64,000 nt of DNA from positions 537 to 64,536 of the forward strand of contig JAUXIJ010000005.1 in assembly GCA_030621085.1 (NCBI GenBank), given 5' to 3'. Origin of the DNA: Candidatus Cloacimonadota bacterium (lineage in GTDB: Bacteria; Cloacimonadota; Cloacimonadia; Cloacimonadales; TCS61). Below, one piece after another: positions 11,817 through 21,177 of the stretch. Position 1 is the first letter of the stretch. Each line of letters starts with the position of its first letter. The position numbers and the translations under genes are program-made. The notes below the pieces were generated by a model. It was not told the DNA's origin. It worked only from the letters and a program-made list of their open reading frames with translations, and did not search any database.

Positions 11817-12248
11817 CTACCTTTTATTATACAAAATGTATTTTCTTGTAAAGAAATTCCATAAATAAACCACAACTGTAGAAACGATCTTAGACGCCAT
11901 GTAATGAAATCCTACATATTCTGTAAATGTCCAGATTATTAATTCATTCATCCCCAGTCCAACTATCCCGATAATTCCGAAAATAGCAAATTCAAGATAT
12001 CTATTGGAAACATTCCTGGTATTAAAAACCCAGGTAATACTCAAGATGTAATTCGTTGCTAATCCCAATGAAAAAGAGATCGCTGCAGAAATCAGGTAAT
12101 GTATACCGGCAAATTCGGTTAACAGAAATAGCAAACCAAAATCTACTCCGAAAGCAATTCCTCCTACAAAAGTATAACGGAAAAGCTGTATCAGAGTATT
12201 ATCCGTTTTATTTTTAATAAATTTCTCAATCATATTCTTCCCAGTCAT
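11817..12248 (-). CDS. GtrA family protein (undecaprenyl-P-sugar flippase-like)
   Basis: QLFRYTFVGG...NYILSITWVF...SKIVS...WNF 4-TM pattern. Confidence 0.9.
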   Translation of the reverse strand: MTGKNMIEKFIKNKTDNTLIQLFRYTFVGGIAFGVDFGLLFLLTEFAGIHYLISAAISFSLGLATNYILSITWVFNTRNVSNRYLEFAIFGIIGIVGLGMNELIIWTFTEYVGFHYMASKIVSTVVVYLWNFFTRKYILYNKR

Positions 12249-12470
12249 ATTAAGATAAGCTTTAAATCATCTATGTGAATAATTTGTCAAGATTTCAATG
12301 ATTGGCATATATTTTTGACGCATAACCAGCTTATGTAATTCATTTGTGACATCTGATGAGATTACAAAACTAAATACAGGGTTTGGAAAAAAAATTCTTG
12401 CCTACTTAAAACCTTTCTATTAAATAGGTTTTGGTGAATTGCAAGCTTCCTGAATTTGCATATTTAAGAT

Positions 12471-12486
12471 TGGCACACCGATTGCA
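12471..12486 (+). promoter_or_regulatory. Sigma-54 (-24/-12) promoter of the major pilin-like gene
   Basis: TGGCAC-ACCGA-TTGCA matches consensus TGGCAC-N5-TTGCW, 78 nt upstream of the ATG; NtrC-family gene nearby. Confidence 0.88.
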
Positions 12487-12564
12487 TAGGTGTTACCGTG
12501 AAGCATAGAAGTGGATTTGAAAAAAACAAAAGGGATTAAAAAAACCCTAAATTAGGAGGAACAA

Positions 12565-12990
12565 ATGGGAACACAACAAATTCTGTTGATCGTATTAAGT
12601 GTAATTATCGTTGGTATTGCAGTGGCTGTGGGTATTACAATGTTTAATGCTCAGGCTACTAACTCTAACCGTCAAGCTATTGTAGGTGATATGAACAACC
12701 TGGCATCTTCTGCGCTTGCGTTCTACAAAACACCCACAACACATGGTGGTGGTGGTGGAAGTTGGACTACTGAAATCGATAATGTGGGAACCTGGCTTGG
12801 TTATGATTATGACACAGGAACCAATGCATGTTCAACCGGTAATGGTACATTTACTCTTTCGTTAGCTGGTGATGTAGTTACAATTGTTGGTCTTGGTAAT
12901 GAGTTAGGTAATGACGGTTCAACTAATGTGCAAGCAACCATGACAGTTACCGGTGCAACCAGTGCCATTCTTACTACAATAGACAACTAA
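12565..12990 (+). CDS. Major type IV pilin-like protein without class III leader
   Basis: MGTQQ followed by a long hydrophobic helix and Thr/Gly-rich head; AGGAGG RBS, own sigma-54 promoter, directly before pilC/pilB. Confidence 0.78.
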   Translation: MGTQQILLIVLSVIIVGIAVAVGITMFNAQATNSNRQAIVGDMNNLASSALAFYKTPTTHGGGGGSWTTEIDNVGTWLGYDYDTGTNACSTGNGTFTLSLAGDVVTIVGLGNELGNDGSTNVQATMTVTGATSAILTTIDN

Positions 12991-13017
12991 GAATTACCTT
13001 AGGTACGTTATTAATTT

Positions 13018-13047
13018 GAACATGGGAGAAAACTTTCTCCCATGTTC
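13018..13047 (+). terminator. 13-bp stem-loop after pilin gene (terminator or mRNA-stabilising hairpin)
   Basis: GAACATGGGAGAA-AACT-TTCTCCCATGTTC; weak U-tract. Confidence 0.65.
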
Positions 13048-13073
13048 GAATTTGCATTTTAATATAATAGATT

Positions 13074-14417
13074 ATGTTAAGAGAATATAGATATCAGGGA
13101 GTAACATTAGGCGGAAAAGGCGTTCAGGGTATTGTACTTGCCCATAACAAAGGCAAAGCGAAAAAAATTGTAGAATCGATAGCGCAAAAAAATAAAATTA
13201 GAATCAATTCAATTATACCCAAAAAACTTTTTCTATATCATGTAAAACTGCCGAACGGCAAAAAAATCAAAGGCAGGCAATCAGCATACGCCAAAGGAGA
13301 GGTAGCTCGTGCTTTGGCTACAATGGGTTTTAGAAATGCCAAGATCGAACAAGCCATCATAGATATTAAACTGAAACCTCCTTATTCCAGCATTCTTATG
13401 TTCGTAAATCTCAGCTCATTTCTATTAAAAGAAAAAATGAGCTACGATAAAATTTTACGAATGCTTGCCGATGAAGAACCTAATCTTACCCTGAAAGAAA
13501 CTTTAAAGAAGATTGAAAGTGAACTTAAGAAGGGAAAGGAAGGAACAGAAGTTTTTAATAGATACCAGGACGTCTTCGGAAGATTTCCAGCTTATATGCT
13601 GGGATTGGCCACTAAATCGGGTAATATGGCCGAAGTATACGATGCCACAGCCAAATTCATGGAAAGAGAAGCAGAATACAAGAAAAGCCTGCGTCAGGCT
13701 TTAATGCAGCCGGCTGTAATGGTTGTTGCCATGATCGCTGCCGTTCTATATTATGTTATTAAAATATTTCCGGACACAGCCAGAATGTTTGTAAAATTCG
13801 GGATCGATGTACCTCCAATGACTGCTGCTACACTTGAACTAAGCGATTTCTTTGCAGCAAGCTGGTGGTGGATTGCTCTTATGTTTTTGATTCCTGCCTT
13901 TATCATTTTCCTATGGTGGAGAACACCAAAAGGAGAGGTTTGGAGAGATAAATTCCTTATCCAGTTACCTGTGATAGGACACCTGCTTCACAAATCAAGT
14001 ATAGAAATATTCTTCAGAGTATTTTCTGCGATCTATGCAGGTGCCGATAATAATATTGAAACTCTAACAGCTTCAGCGGAAGCTTGTAGAAATAAGTATA
14101 TTGAAAAGGGCGTAAAGGAAATTGCGATTCCATTAATGTTGAAAGATGGAATGTCGCTTGTTCCCGCCTTAGCAAAAGCGGATGTATTTAATCAAAGTAC
14201 ATTATCCCGCTTAAAAACAGGTACAGAATCCGGTAATATTCTACAATCTGCTCAACAGATATCCACTTTCTACGAAAAGGAAACAACTTATAAAATGGAG
14301 AATATTATCCAATCCATCCAGACGTTTGTTGGTATTTTCATTGCAATTATCATTACTTTATTGACTATTGTATCTTCAGAAGTTGCAATGATCTCACCCA
14401 GCACACCTGGAACGTAG
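13074..14417 (+). CDS. pilC: Type IV pilus / T2SS inner-membrane platform protein (PilC/GspF)
   Basis: N-terminal YRYQG..G motif, two T2SSF repeats, LPVIGHL, GTESGN. Confidence 0.88.
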   Translation: MLREYRYQGVTLGGKGVQGIVLAHNKGKAKKIVESIAQKNKIRINSIIPKKLFLYHVKLPNGKKIKGRQSAYAKGEVARALATMGFRNAKIEQAIIDIKLKPPYSSILMFVNLSSFLLKEKMSYDKILRMLADEEPNLTLKETLKKIESELKKGKEGTEVFNRYQDVFGRFPAYMLGLATKSGNMAEVYDATAKFMEREAEYKKSLRQALMQPAVMVVAMIAAVLYYVIKIFPDTARMFVKFGIDVPPMTAATLELSDFFAASWWWIALMFLIPAFIIFLWWRTPKGEVWRDKFLIQLPVIGHLLHKSSIEIFFRVFSAIYAGADNNIETLTASAEACRNKYIEKGVKEIAIPLMLKDGMSLVPALAKADVFNQSTLSRLKTGTESGNILQSAQQISTFYEKETTYKMENIIQSIQTFVGIFIAIIITLLTIVSSEVAMISPSTPGT

Positions 14418-14424
14418 TATAGCA

Positions 14425-16209
14425 ATGATAAAGAAATCAAGATTCGGCCAGTTATTGTTGAAAAAGGAAGTTATTGATAAAAAGACACTGGAAAAAGCTT
14501 TATCGATCCAGACTGATGAGGATCCGGAAAATACCAGAGCTCTTGGCGAAATACTTGTTACCGACTTTAAGATCAACCACCATGCTATTTATGGTTTATT
14601 GGCAGAACTTTACGCGTTTCGTACACTCGAGATAAAAATAAATGAAATTGATGAAAACCAGATCAAACATACAAAAGAGATACTTTCAAAATTTCCTGAT
14701 GATTTTAAAAATAAATTAATTTATAAAAAAATTCTCCCCTATCAACTCAGCTATGGACGAAGAAATACTCTTATCGTCTTAGCTGCCGACCCATCAGAGA
14801 AGATTACGGAACGCATTCCTATATATACTGAATTTAAAAAATACGAGGTTGTATATGTACGCCTTGATATTCTGGAAGAACTCATAGCTCTTATTGCCCC
14901 TCAGAAAAACGAATTTCTAGACCTGCTGCAGGAAGCAGAAGACCAATTTGAAGATGTTGACGAGACTAGAGGTCAACATGATGTAGATGAATATGCTCTT
15001 GATGAGGAGATAAACAAAAGCCTTCTGGTAAATTTATTCGAGGGCAGTCTTATAGAAGCTGTTCGTAAAGGAGCCAGTGATATTCATATTATTCCTTACT
15101 TGCGTTCAAATGTGGATTTTTATTTCAGGATAGATGGTAAACTTATTCGCTGGCATCGTCAGGAAAACACTTCTCCCGAAGCAATGTCTGCCGTGGCCAA
15201 AGATAGAGCAACAGGAGTAGATCGTTTTGAAAGGGATACAGCTCAAGACGGGTTTATGCAACGTATTATTGACGATCATCTTATCCGTTTTCGTGTATCT
15301 ATTATTCCAATCACTTCGTCGGAATATGAACGTCGCTTTGAAAGCATTGTAATAAGAACCATTGACGACAGGAACGTGATAACCGATTTGCGGAAACTCG
15401 GTTTCCAGGAGCAGGCAGAAAAAGATTTCATAGATTCTATTTCAAAATCGAAAGGTATAGTACTGGTAACAGGACCAACAGGTAGCGGTAAATCTACTAC
15501 ATTGATGGCTGCACTCTATCATACTATAGATCCATCTATAAACGTTTTAACTTGTGAAGATCCGGTGGAATATCATATTAAAGGAGCAAGGCAGTTGAAG
15601 ATCGGACACAGGTACACTTTTGAAAATGCTATTCGATCCATCTTACGCCATGACCCGGATGTTGTTATGGTAGGTGAGATCCGTGATAGAATAACTGCCG
15701 AAATAGCTATCAAACTTGCCAATACAGGTCATCTAACGTTCTCAACCCTTCACACAAACGATGCTCCCAGTGCTATTTCACGATTATATAAAATGGGTGT
15801 GGAAACTTTCCTGCTTGCATATGCAATAAATATAATAGTTGCTCAACGCCTAGTTAGGAAACTGTGCCCCGAATGTAGAAAACCAATTGCTAAAGATAAG
15901 TGGCCTGCTGCACTTGAATTGGGATTTAAAGAAGAGGAATTGGAATCAGGTAAAATTTATGAAGCAGGAAAGGGTTGTAAAAAATGTAATCGTGGCTACA
16001 AAGGAAGAATCAACATCTGTGAAGCTCTGTATTTCACTGCCGAGATACGTAAAGCTATTGTAGATTCCGGTACTGAGATAGATGAACAGAATATCAGAAA
16101 AATTGCTGAAAGTCAGGGTATGTTATCTTTATTGGAATCCGGACTGGACAGGATCAGAACGGGATTAACAACGGTTGCAGAAGTAACTTATGCAACATCG
16201 GAGGACTAA
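14425..16209 (+). CDS. pilB: Type IV pilus assembly ATPase (PilB/GspE)
   Basis: ASDIHI, GPTGSGKST, EDPVEY, LRHDPDVVMVGEIRD, TGHLTFSTLHTN, CPEC...CKKC Zn motif. Confidence 0.93.
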   Translation: MIKKSRFGQLLLKKEVIDKKTLEKALSIQTDEDPENTRALGEILVTDFKINHHAIYGLLAELYAFRTLEIKINEIDENQIKHTKEILSKFPDDFKNKLIYKKILPYQLSYGRRNTLIVLAADPSEKITERIPIYTEFKKYEVVYVRLDILEELIALIAPQKNEFLDLLQEAEDQFEDVDETRGQHDVDEYALDEEINKSLLVNLFEGSLIEAVRKGASDIHIIPYLRSNVDFYFRIDGKLIRWHRQENTSPEAMSAVAKDRATGVDRFERDTAQDGFMQRIIDDHLIRFRVSIIPITSSEYERRFESIVIRTIDDRNVITDLRKLGFQEQAEKDFIDSISKSKGIVLVTGPTGSGKSTTLMAALYHTIDPSINVLTCEDPVEYHIKGARQLKIGHRYTFENAIRSILRHDPDVVMVGEIRDRITAEIAIKLANTGHLTFSTLHTNDAPSAISRLYKMGVETFLLAYAINIIVAQRLVRKLCPECRKPIAKDKWPAALELGFKEEELESGKIYEAGKGCKKCNRGYKGRINICEALYFTAEIRKAIVDSGTEIDEQNIRKIAESQGMLSLLESGLDRIRTGLTTVAEVTYATSED

Positions 16210-16212
16210 ATC

Positions 16213-16647
16213 ATGAATATCCAGATGTTATTAGTTCTATTGGCGTTAGCACTCTTTTCAACAATGCTGTTGAACACTTATAATATTATGCTTGATCAAT
16301 CTGCTTTGGTTTATGATAATATGCATTATTTGCAAGGACAAAAAATCGCCGATAGGTACTTCCAAAGAATAGAAGCAGAACTACTGGGAGATCCTCCGGT
16401 TTCATATTTTTCACAAATTTATTCAACTTATTCAAATTTGAGTGAGACTAAGAGCGTGAATAATGTTACTTATAATATTCAAATTATTTCAACTTATTGT
16501 GATAGCTTGGGAAATACTCCATATTCAGATACTTTATATCAAAAAGTAGACGTGCGCATGAATTGTATGTCTACATCAATGGATACTTTATATATTGGAA
16601 CGTTGAATTCTCCATTCAGCAAGGTTTTTTTTAATAGGGGGTTTTAA
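16213..16647 (+). CDS. Minor pilin-like protein
   Basis: N-terminal hydrophobic helix, 144 aa, position within pil operon. Confidence 0.6.
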   Translation: MNIQMLLVLLALALFSTMLLNTYNIMLDQSALVYDNMHYLQGQKIADRYFQRIEAELLGDPPVSYFSQIYSTYSNLSETKSVNNVTYNIQIISTYCDSLGNTPYSDTLYQKVDVRMNCMSTSMDTLYIGTLNSPFSKVFFNRGF

Positions 16648-17243
16648 TGTCGAGCTTAATGGATGTATTAGGTGCAACAATAGCCGGAAGCCTGGTTCTT
16701 CTGATGATATTCAGTGCACTTTCCAATATGCAGGTGATAAGCTATAATACTCAGCTCCAGATCAGTTTAACCCAGATGTCTGAAGATTTGATTACAGGAA
16801 GGAAAGTAGGAAACTTAGACCAACCCGGCCTGGAAAGCATCTTATCCAAAGTTGGTGCAGGAGTTCCCGCAAGTACTGATCCAATAATCGAAGCCACTTC
16901 AAAAAGTTTTAAATTTCTAGGGCAGACAAGCCCGACCTCCAGTATCAGTACTTTTTATTTTGTGCAAGAAGATTCCACCAGTAGTGGTTTTCCTTTATAT
17001 GTTTATCAGAATGATATGTCTAACCAGATATTAGGTCCTTTCTGGATGGCAGATACATTGGCAATAACATATTACGATGTTACCAATCACTTAATTACTG
17101 CTCCAGATTCAAATCATGATCAGATCCGTTCAATTGAGGTAAGTCTTACATTTTTTTATGATACTCACCAACCTGATATAGATAAAAGGTTTCTCAGGCA
17201 TAGCATTGTATTTTGGAAATATTTTAAGAATTTGTATTTGTAA
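16647..17243 (+). CDS. Minor pilin-like protein (PilW-like)
   Basis: MSSLMD resembles mature-pilin FTLIE; hydrophobic helix; C-terminal IRSIEVSL strand. Confidence 0.62.
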   Translation: MSSLMDVLGATIAGSLVLLMIFSALSNMQVISYNTQLQISLTQMSEDLITGRKVGNLDQPGLESILSKVGAGVPASTDPIIEATSKSFKFLGQTSPTSSISTFYFVQEDSTSSGFPLYVYQNDMSNQILGPFWMADTLAITYYDVTNHLITAPDSNHDQIRSIEVSLTFFYDTHQPDIDKRFLRHSIVFWKYFKNLYL

Positions 17244-17268
17244 TTAGTAATAAAAAAAGGAGTGAATC

Positions 17269-18162
17269 GTGGGGAAATTGTTAATTATTATTCTATTAAT
17301 GCTAACGGCTGTTTTTGCTACTATTGCTGTTTCAGTTCAGAGTAAAAGCGCTGATATTCCTGATCTGATATCTTCCAATATATCTGAGATCAAAGCAAAA
17401 GGATTAAGTAATGAAGCTCTTATGTACAGCATAAGACAGTTGAACCAAGGCAGTCTATCGGTCAACCAAACAGGTTTGAGTCAAACATACTCAAATTTTG
17501 ATGTTCTGGATGGAACAATAGACAGTATCAAATACGTAATGATCGGCTCCGGAGATACTCTGAGGATAACTTCTTATGTGACTGCCAATATCAATGGGAA
17601 ACAAACTCAACATCAAAGTTTAGCTGAAATTCTTTATAGTTCTACAAGTTTTGATAATGCCATCACCTGTTCAAAAGATCTTGATATTACAGGTAGCTCA
17701 ACCATCATAGGAAACGTAGAGGAAAACGTTGATTTAGATTTTGCAACTGTTTTCGGCATGACAATGGCTCAAATGAGAACTATAGCCGATAATGATTATA
17801 CGAATCCACCAAATAATGTGACTCCTGTAAATGGAATAACATACATAGAGACCACCGGTAACAATAAAGCACACTTTACAAATCATCATTGGAGTGGCAG
17901 TGGTATCTTGATAGTTGATGGAGAATTCCACATGACCGGTGGTACTTTTGACGGTATTATCTGGGTGGAAGGTGGAAGATTCATGATGTCTGGTAATGGA
18001 CTTGTGCAAGGAACTATTTTCATTAACAGCGAACCTGATGAACAAACCAAAGTTACCGGGAATTGTGATATTTATTATGATGAAGATATTGTACAACAGC
18101 TATTGAGTACATACAATATTTTTTCTGGTCCGGGAATCACGATAATAAGTTGGGATAATTAA
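17269..18162 (+). CDS. PilX-like minor pilin, copy 1
   Basis: GTG start with GGAG RBS; MGKLL hydrophobic helix; Gly-rich beta-repeat C-terminus (GSGILIVDG, FDGIIWV); ends ISWDN. Confidence 0.65.
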   Translation: MGKLLIIILLMLTAVFATIAVSVQSKSADIPDLISSNISEIKAKGLSNEALMYSIRQLNQGSLSVNQTGLSQTYSNFDVLDGTIDSIKYVMIGSGDTLRITSYVTANINGKQTQHQSLAEILYSSTSFDNAITCSKDLDITGSSTIIGNVEENVDLDFATVFGMTMAQMRTIADNDYTNPPNNVTPVNGITYIETTGNNKAHFTNHHWSGSGILIVDGEFHMTGGTFDGIIWVEGGRFMMSGNGLVQGTIFINSEPDEQTKVTGNCDIYYDEDIVQQLLSTYNIFSGPGITIISWDN

Positions 18163-18197
18163 GTTTAAAAAATATTAGATTATAAAGGAGGTAGTTT

Positions 18198-19106
18198 ATG
18201 GGCAAATTATTGATAGTCGCCATATTTATTGCTGCTGCAGTAATAACAGTGATCTTGCTTTCCGTTCAAGATAAAACCGAAGAGGTTCCGGAACTTTCAT
18301 CTAGTAATATTGCAGAATTACAGGCTAAAGCATTATGCCATGAAGCCATAGTATACGGGATGAGAAATCTCAATGACGGAACCGTCGTCTTATCTTCAGG
18401 AGAAAATACACAGACCTATGCTAATTTTGAAATTATGGATGGTACAATAGACAGTATTCAATTTATGTCAAATACAACAAATGACACTATAGAAATCATT
18501 TCTTATGCAGGTTATCAAAGTGCTGGTGAAACAATTCAACACAAAAGCAGTGCTCTGGTTTGTTGGATTCCCACTCATGCTCAGGGAGCTATGTATGCAA
18601 ATGGAGATATCGTTGTAGGTGGTAGTGCCGATATCACTGGTGATCTTATTGAAAACTGCGATCCTCCTTTAGACTTTGAAGATTTTTTCGGAATTACAAA
18701 AGCAGAAATGGATGCTATTGCTGATAACCACTTTGAGGACCCTCCCAACAACCCTGCGGGTTTTGAAGACATAACCTGGGTTTCATTCGCTAATGAGGGT
18801 GGTTCGTTGACGGTATCAACAGCAGACTGGACAGGAAGTGGAATACTTATAATTGATGGTGATGCTCATTTTTCCGGAGGTTCTTTCGATGGCATAATGT
18901 GGATTACCGGAGAATTATTTATTAACGGTAATAATGGTTTTAATGGAGCAATTTACTGCGAAGGTGGAATCAACTATGAGGACGTAACCGTCCTTGGTGA
19001 CTGTCAAATTACTTATGATTGGGGGGCGATACTTGCGGCATTTAACGATGCATCTCTAGTATTAGAATATGAACTTAAAATTATTAGCTGGTTTGAAGAT
19101 GAATAA
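18198..19106 (+). CDS. PilX-like minor pilin, copy 2 (tandem paralogue)
   Basis: Colinear with previous gene (MGKLLI, DGTIDSI, IADN, PPNN, GSGILI, ISW). Confidence 0.65.
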   Translation: MGKLLIVAIFIAAAVITVILLSVQDKTEEVPELSSSNIAELQAKALCHEAIVYGMRNLNDGTVVLSSGENTQTYANFEIMDGTIDSIQFMSNTTNDTIEIISYAGYQSAGETIQHKSSALVCWIPTHAQGAMYANGDIVVGGSADITGDLIENCDPPLDFEDFFGITKAEMDAIADNHFEDPPNNPAGFEDITWVSFANEGGSLTVSTADWTGSGILIIDGDAHFSGGSFDGIMWITGELFINGNNGFNGAIYCEGGINYEDVTVLGDCQITYDWGAILAAFNDASLVLEYELKIISWFEDE

Positions 19107-19131
19107 TCTTTAGGAAGATATAGGAGAAACA

Positions 19132-20043
19132 ATGGATGCACTCGAAATAACAAATCATGAAATCCAGATGAATAAATGGTGGTCAAAAATCCGCTGGTTT
19201 ATAGTTCTTATTTTATTTGCCATAGGAATTTTGCGTGTGAACCAGATCCAGGAGATGTATCCTATCGTGGTTTTTGTCTCAACATTTATTGGTATCTGTG
19301 TTTTGAATATACTTTTTCACATGCAGATAATAAGAACGAACATCTTATTCAGTTCTTTGCAAATTGTTCTTGATATTGTTTTTGCCACTTTAGTTGTACA
19401 TCTTACGGGAGGTTTGAACAGTTCCTTTGTGTGGATCTATCTTATCGCCGTGATCACAGCCAGTCTTAACATTGAAAATTCAGGAGGGATTTTAGCGGCA
19501 ATGATAGGCAGCATGTGTCTTTTAATGCTGATATTGATGTATAATTTTGGTTGGTTAGCAACCGTAAATAATGGAACATTCGATGTAGATATTTCTTCCC
19601 AGACCATTTTCCTGATCTCTTATACCGGTCTTTTTACTGGAATTGCTTTCATATCTAATTTCCTCAGTGACCTGATGAAGAAAATTGCAATCACCACACA
19701 AAAAAGTAAAGATCTATTAAAGGAACAAGAAACTGTTATTGCTGAGAAGCAGAAAGAAATTATTCAAAACAAAAGTATTCTTAATAAATATAAAGAAGCA
19801 GTTTCAGTAGCTGCACCATTAGCAAATATCGACCACGATATAAACAACCCGCTTACAATAATTTCTTTATCGATCAGGAGAGTTGTAAAAGCAGCCCAAG
19901 ATCATAAAGATGACAAGCTAATAAAAGCAAGCGACCAGATGACAGAAGCTATTAATGCCATTAATAGCATCTTGGTAAGACTTCAAAAATTAAAAAATCT
20001 GGAATTAATTCAGAAAGAAAGCAATAATCAGGATCAGGGATAA
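19132..20043 (+). CDS. PilS-like membrane sensor with HisKA helix but no HATPase domain
   Basis: About 6 TM helices with DIVFATLVVHLTGGLNSSF; DHDINNPL H-box; protein ends before any N/G boxes. Confidence 0.7.
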   Translation: MDALEITNHEIQMNKWWSKIRWFIVLILFAIGILRVNQIQEMYPIVVFVSTFIGICVLNILFHMQIIRTNILFSSLQIVLDIVFATLVVHLTGGLNSSFVWIYLIAVITASLNIENSGGILAAMIGSMCLLMLILMYNFGWLATVNNGTFDVDISSQTIFLISYTGLFTGIAFISNFLSDLMKKIAITTQKSKDLLKEQETVIAEKQKEIIQNKSILNKYKEAVSVAAPLANIDHDINNPLTIISLSIRRVVKAAQDHKDDKLIKASDQMTEAINAINSILVRLQKLKNLELIQKESNNQDQG

Positions 20044-20045
20044 AA

Positions 20046-20897
20046 ATGAAAAAACATATTTTGATAGTGGATGATGAACATAGCATCAGAGAGTTGTGTA
20101 AAGAGCTGTTGGAAGAAGAAGGTTATAAAATAACGCTGGCTGTTGATGGTCAAGACGCACTCGATAAAATGGACTACGAAGTATATGATCTGTTCATTAT
20201 AGACATGGCTATGCCCAGGTTAGGCGGATTTGAACTAATGAAATTGATCAAACGAAAACAACCTCTCGCCGTTATAATTGTACTTACAGGTTTTTCCAGC
20301 ATAGAAGGTGCTGTAAAAGCTGTTCACGCAGGAGCTTTCCAATATCTTTCAAAACCCATTAACGCAGATGAACTGTTTGAAGTAGTTATAGCCGGTTTGC
20401 AATATTCAGAAGACCTCTATGGCCCTCTTCAAAAGGCATTTGAACCCGGATCTGATACTGTTCAGAAGGGTGAACCTATCGTTCTTCATGGTTTTCCTCC
20501 CGAAGATAAAGTAGATTTTATGGCTCTTGGTATAATAAGGAAGTATGATGTTGGAGCAAATATTCCTCTTGGAGATGATAAAACCGGTTCGATTATAATC
20601 ATTGAAAGTGGTGAAGTCTCTGTATGGCTTAACAATACTACTGTTGATTATCTACAAAAATGGGATACTTGTGGAGAAGAAAGTTTCATTTTAGCTGGAT
20701 CCCCATTTATTACTCTTCGCGCTGAAACTGCATCCAGAATCAGACATTTCGATCGAAAAAAGCTTTTAGATTTCTTTGCATATAAAGGAGAAAAACTATT
20801 GAAACGCTTCATGATAAACCTGATAAACAGTACATATTTCAAGTGGCGAAAATCAATACAGCGCATTGTAATGCTGAAACTTGTTACCGGCGAATAA
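20046..20897 (+). CDS. Response regulator with C-terminal cNMP-binding-like domain
   Basis: ILIVDDE, IDMAMP, KP receiver; IIESGEVSV...GEESF CAP-ED-like motif; no HTH. Confidence 0.8.
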   Translation: MKKHILIVDDEHSIRELCKELLEEEGYKITLAVDGQDALDKMDYEVYDLFIIDMAMPRLGGFELMKLIKRKQPLAVIIVLTGFSSIEGAVKAVHAGAFQYLSKPINADELFEVVIAGLQYSEDLYGPLQKAFEPGSDTVQKGEPIVLHGFPPEDKVDFMALGIIRKYDVGANIPLGDDKTGSIIIIESGEVSVWLNNTTVDYLQKWDTCGEESFILAGSPFITLRAETASRIRHFDRKKLLDFFAYKGEKLLKRFMINLINSTYFKWRKSIQRIVMLKLVTGE

Positions 20898-20917
20898 ATC
20901 AATCGAACACAGAGTAT

Positions 20918-20946
20918 AACTCCCATAATTCCATGGGAGTTTTTTT
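20918..20946 (+). terminator. Rho-independent terminator
   Basis: AACTCCCAT-AATTCC-ATGGGAGTT followed by T-run. Confidence 0.8.
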
Positions 20947-21177
20947 ATATCCTGCAAAAAATATATCGAAGAAACGTACGCATTCGAAATGATTCGATAA
21001 CTCTTTATATTACAAGTAATTACTATTCCTATCATTAAAACTAAATATCTTCCAATAAATTCTATAACTTCAATATTTAGAAAGTTTTATCAAAATATAT
21101 CTTGACATTAATTTTTGTTAACTACCGTTGGTCTTAGAATGTATAATTGATAAAATAGTATTTAGTTGTGAGGTATT

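Noticed and set aside
12302-12318. Second sigma-54 promoter (TTGGCAT...)
   Set aside because: No GC at the -12 position.
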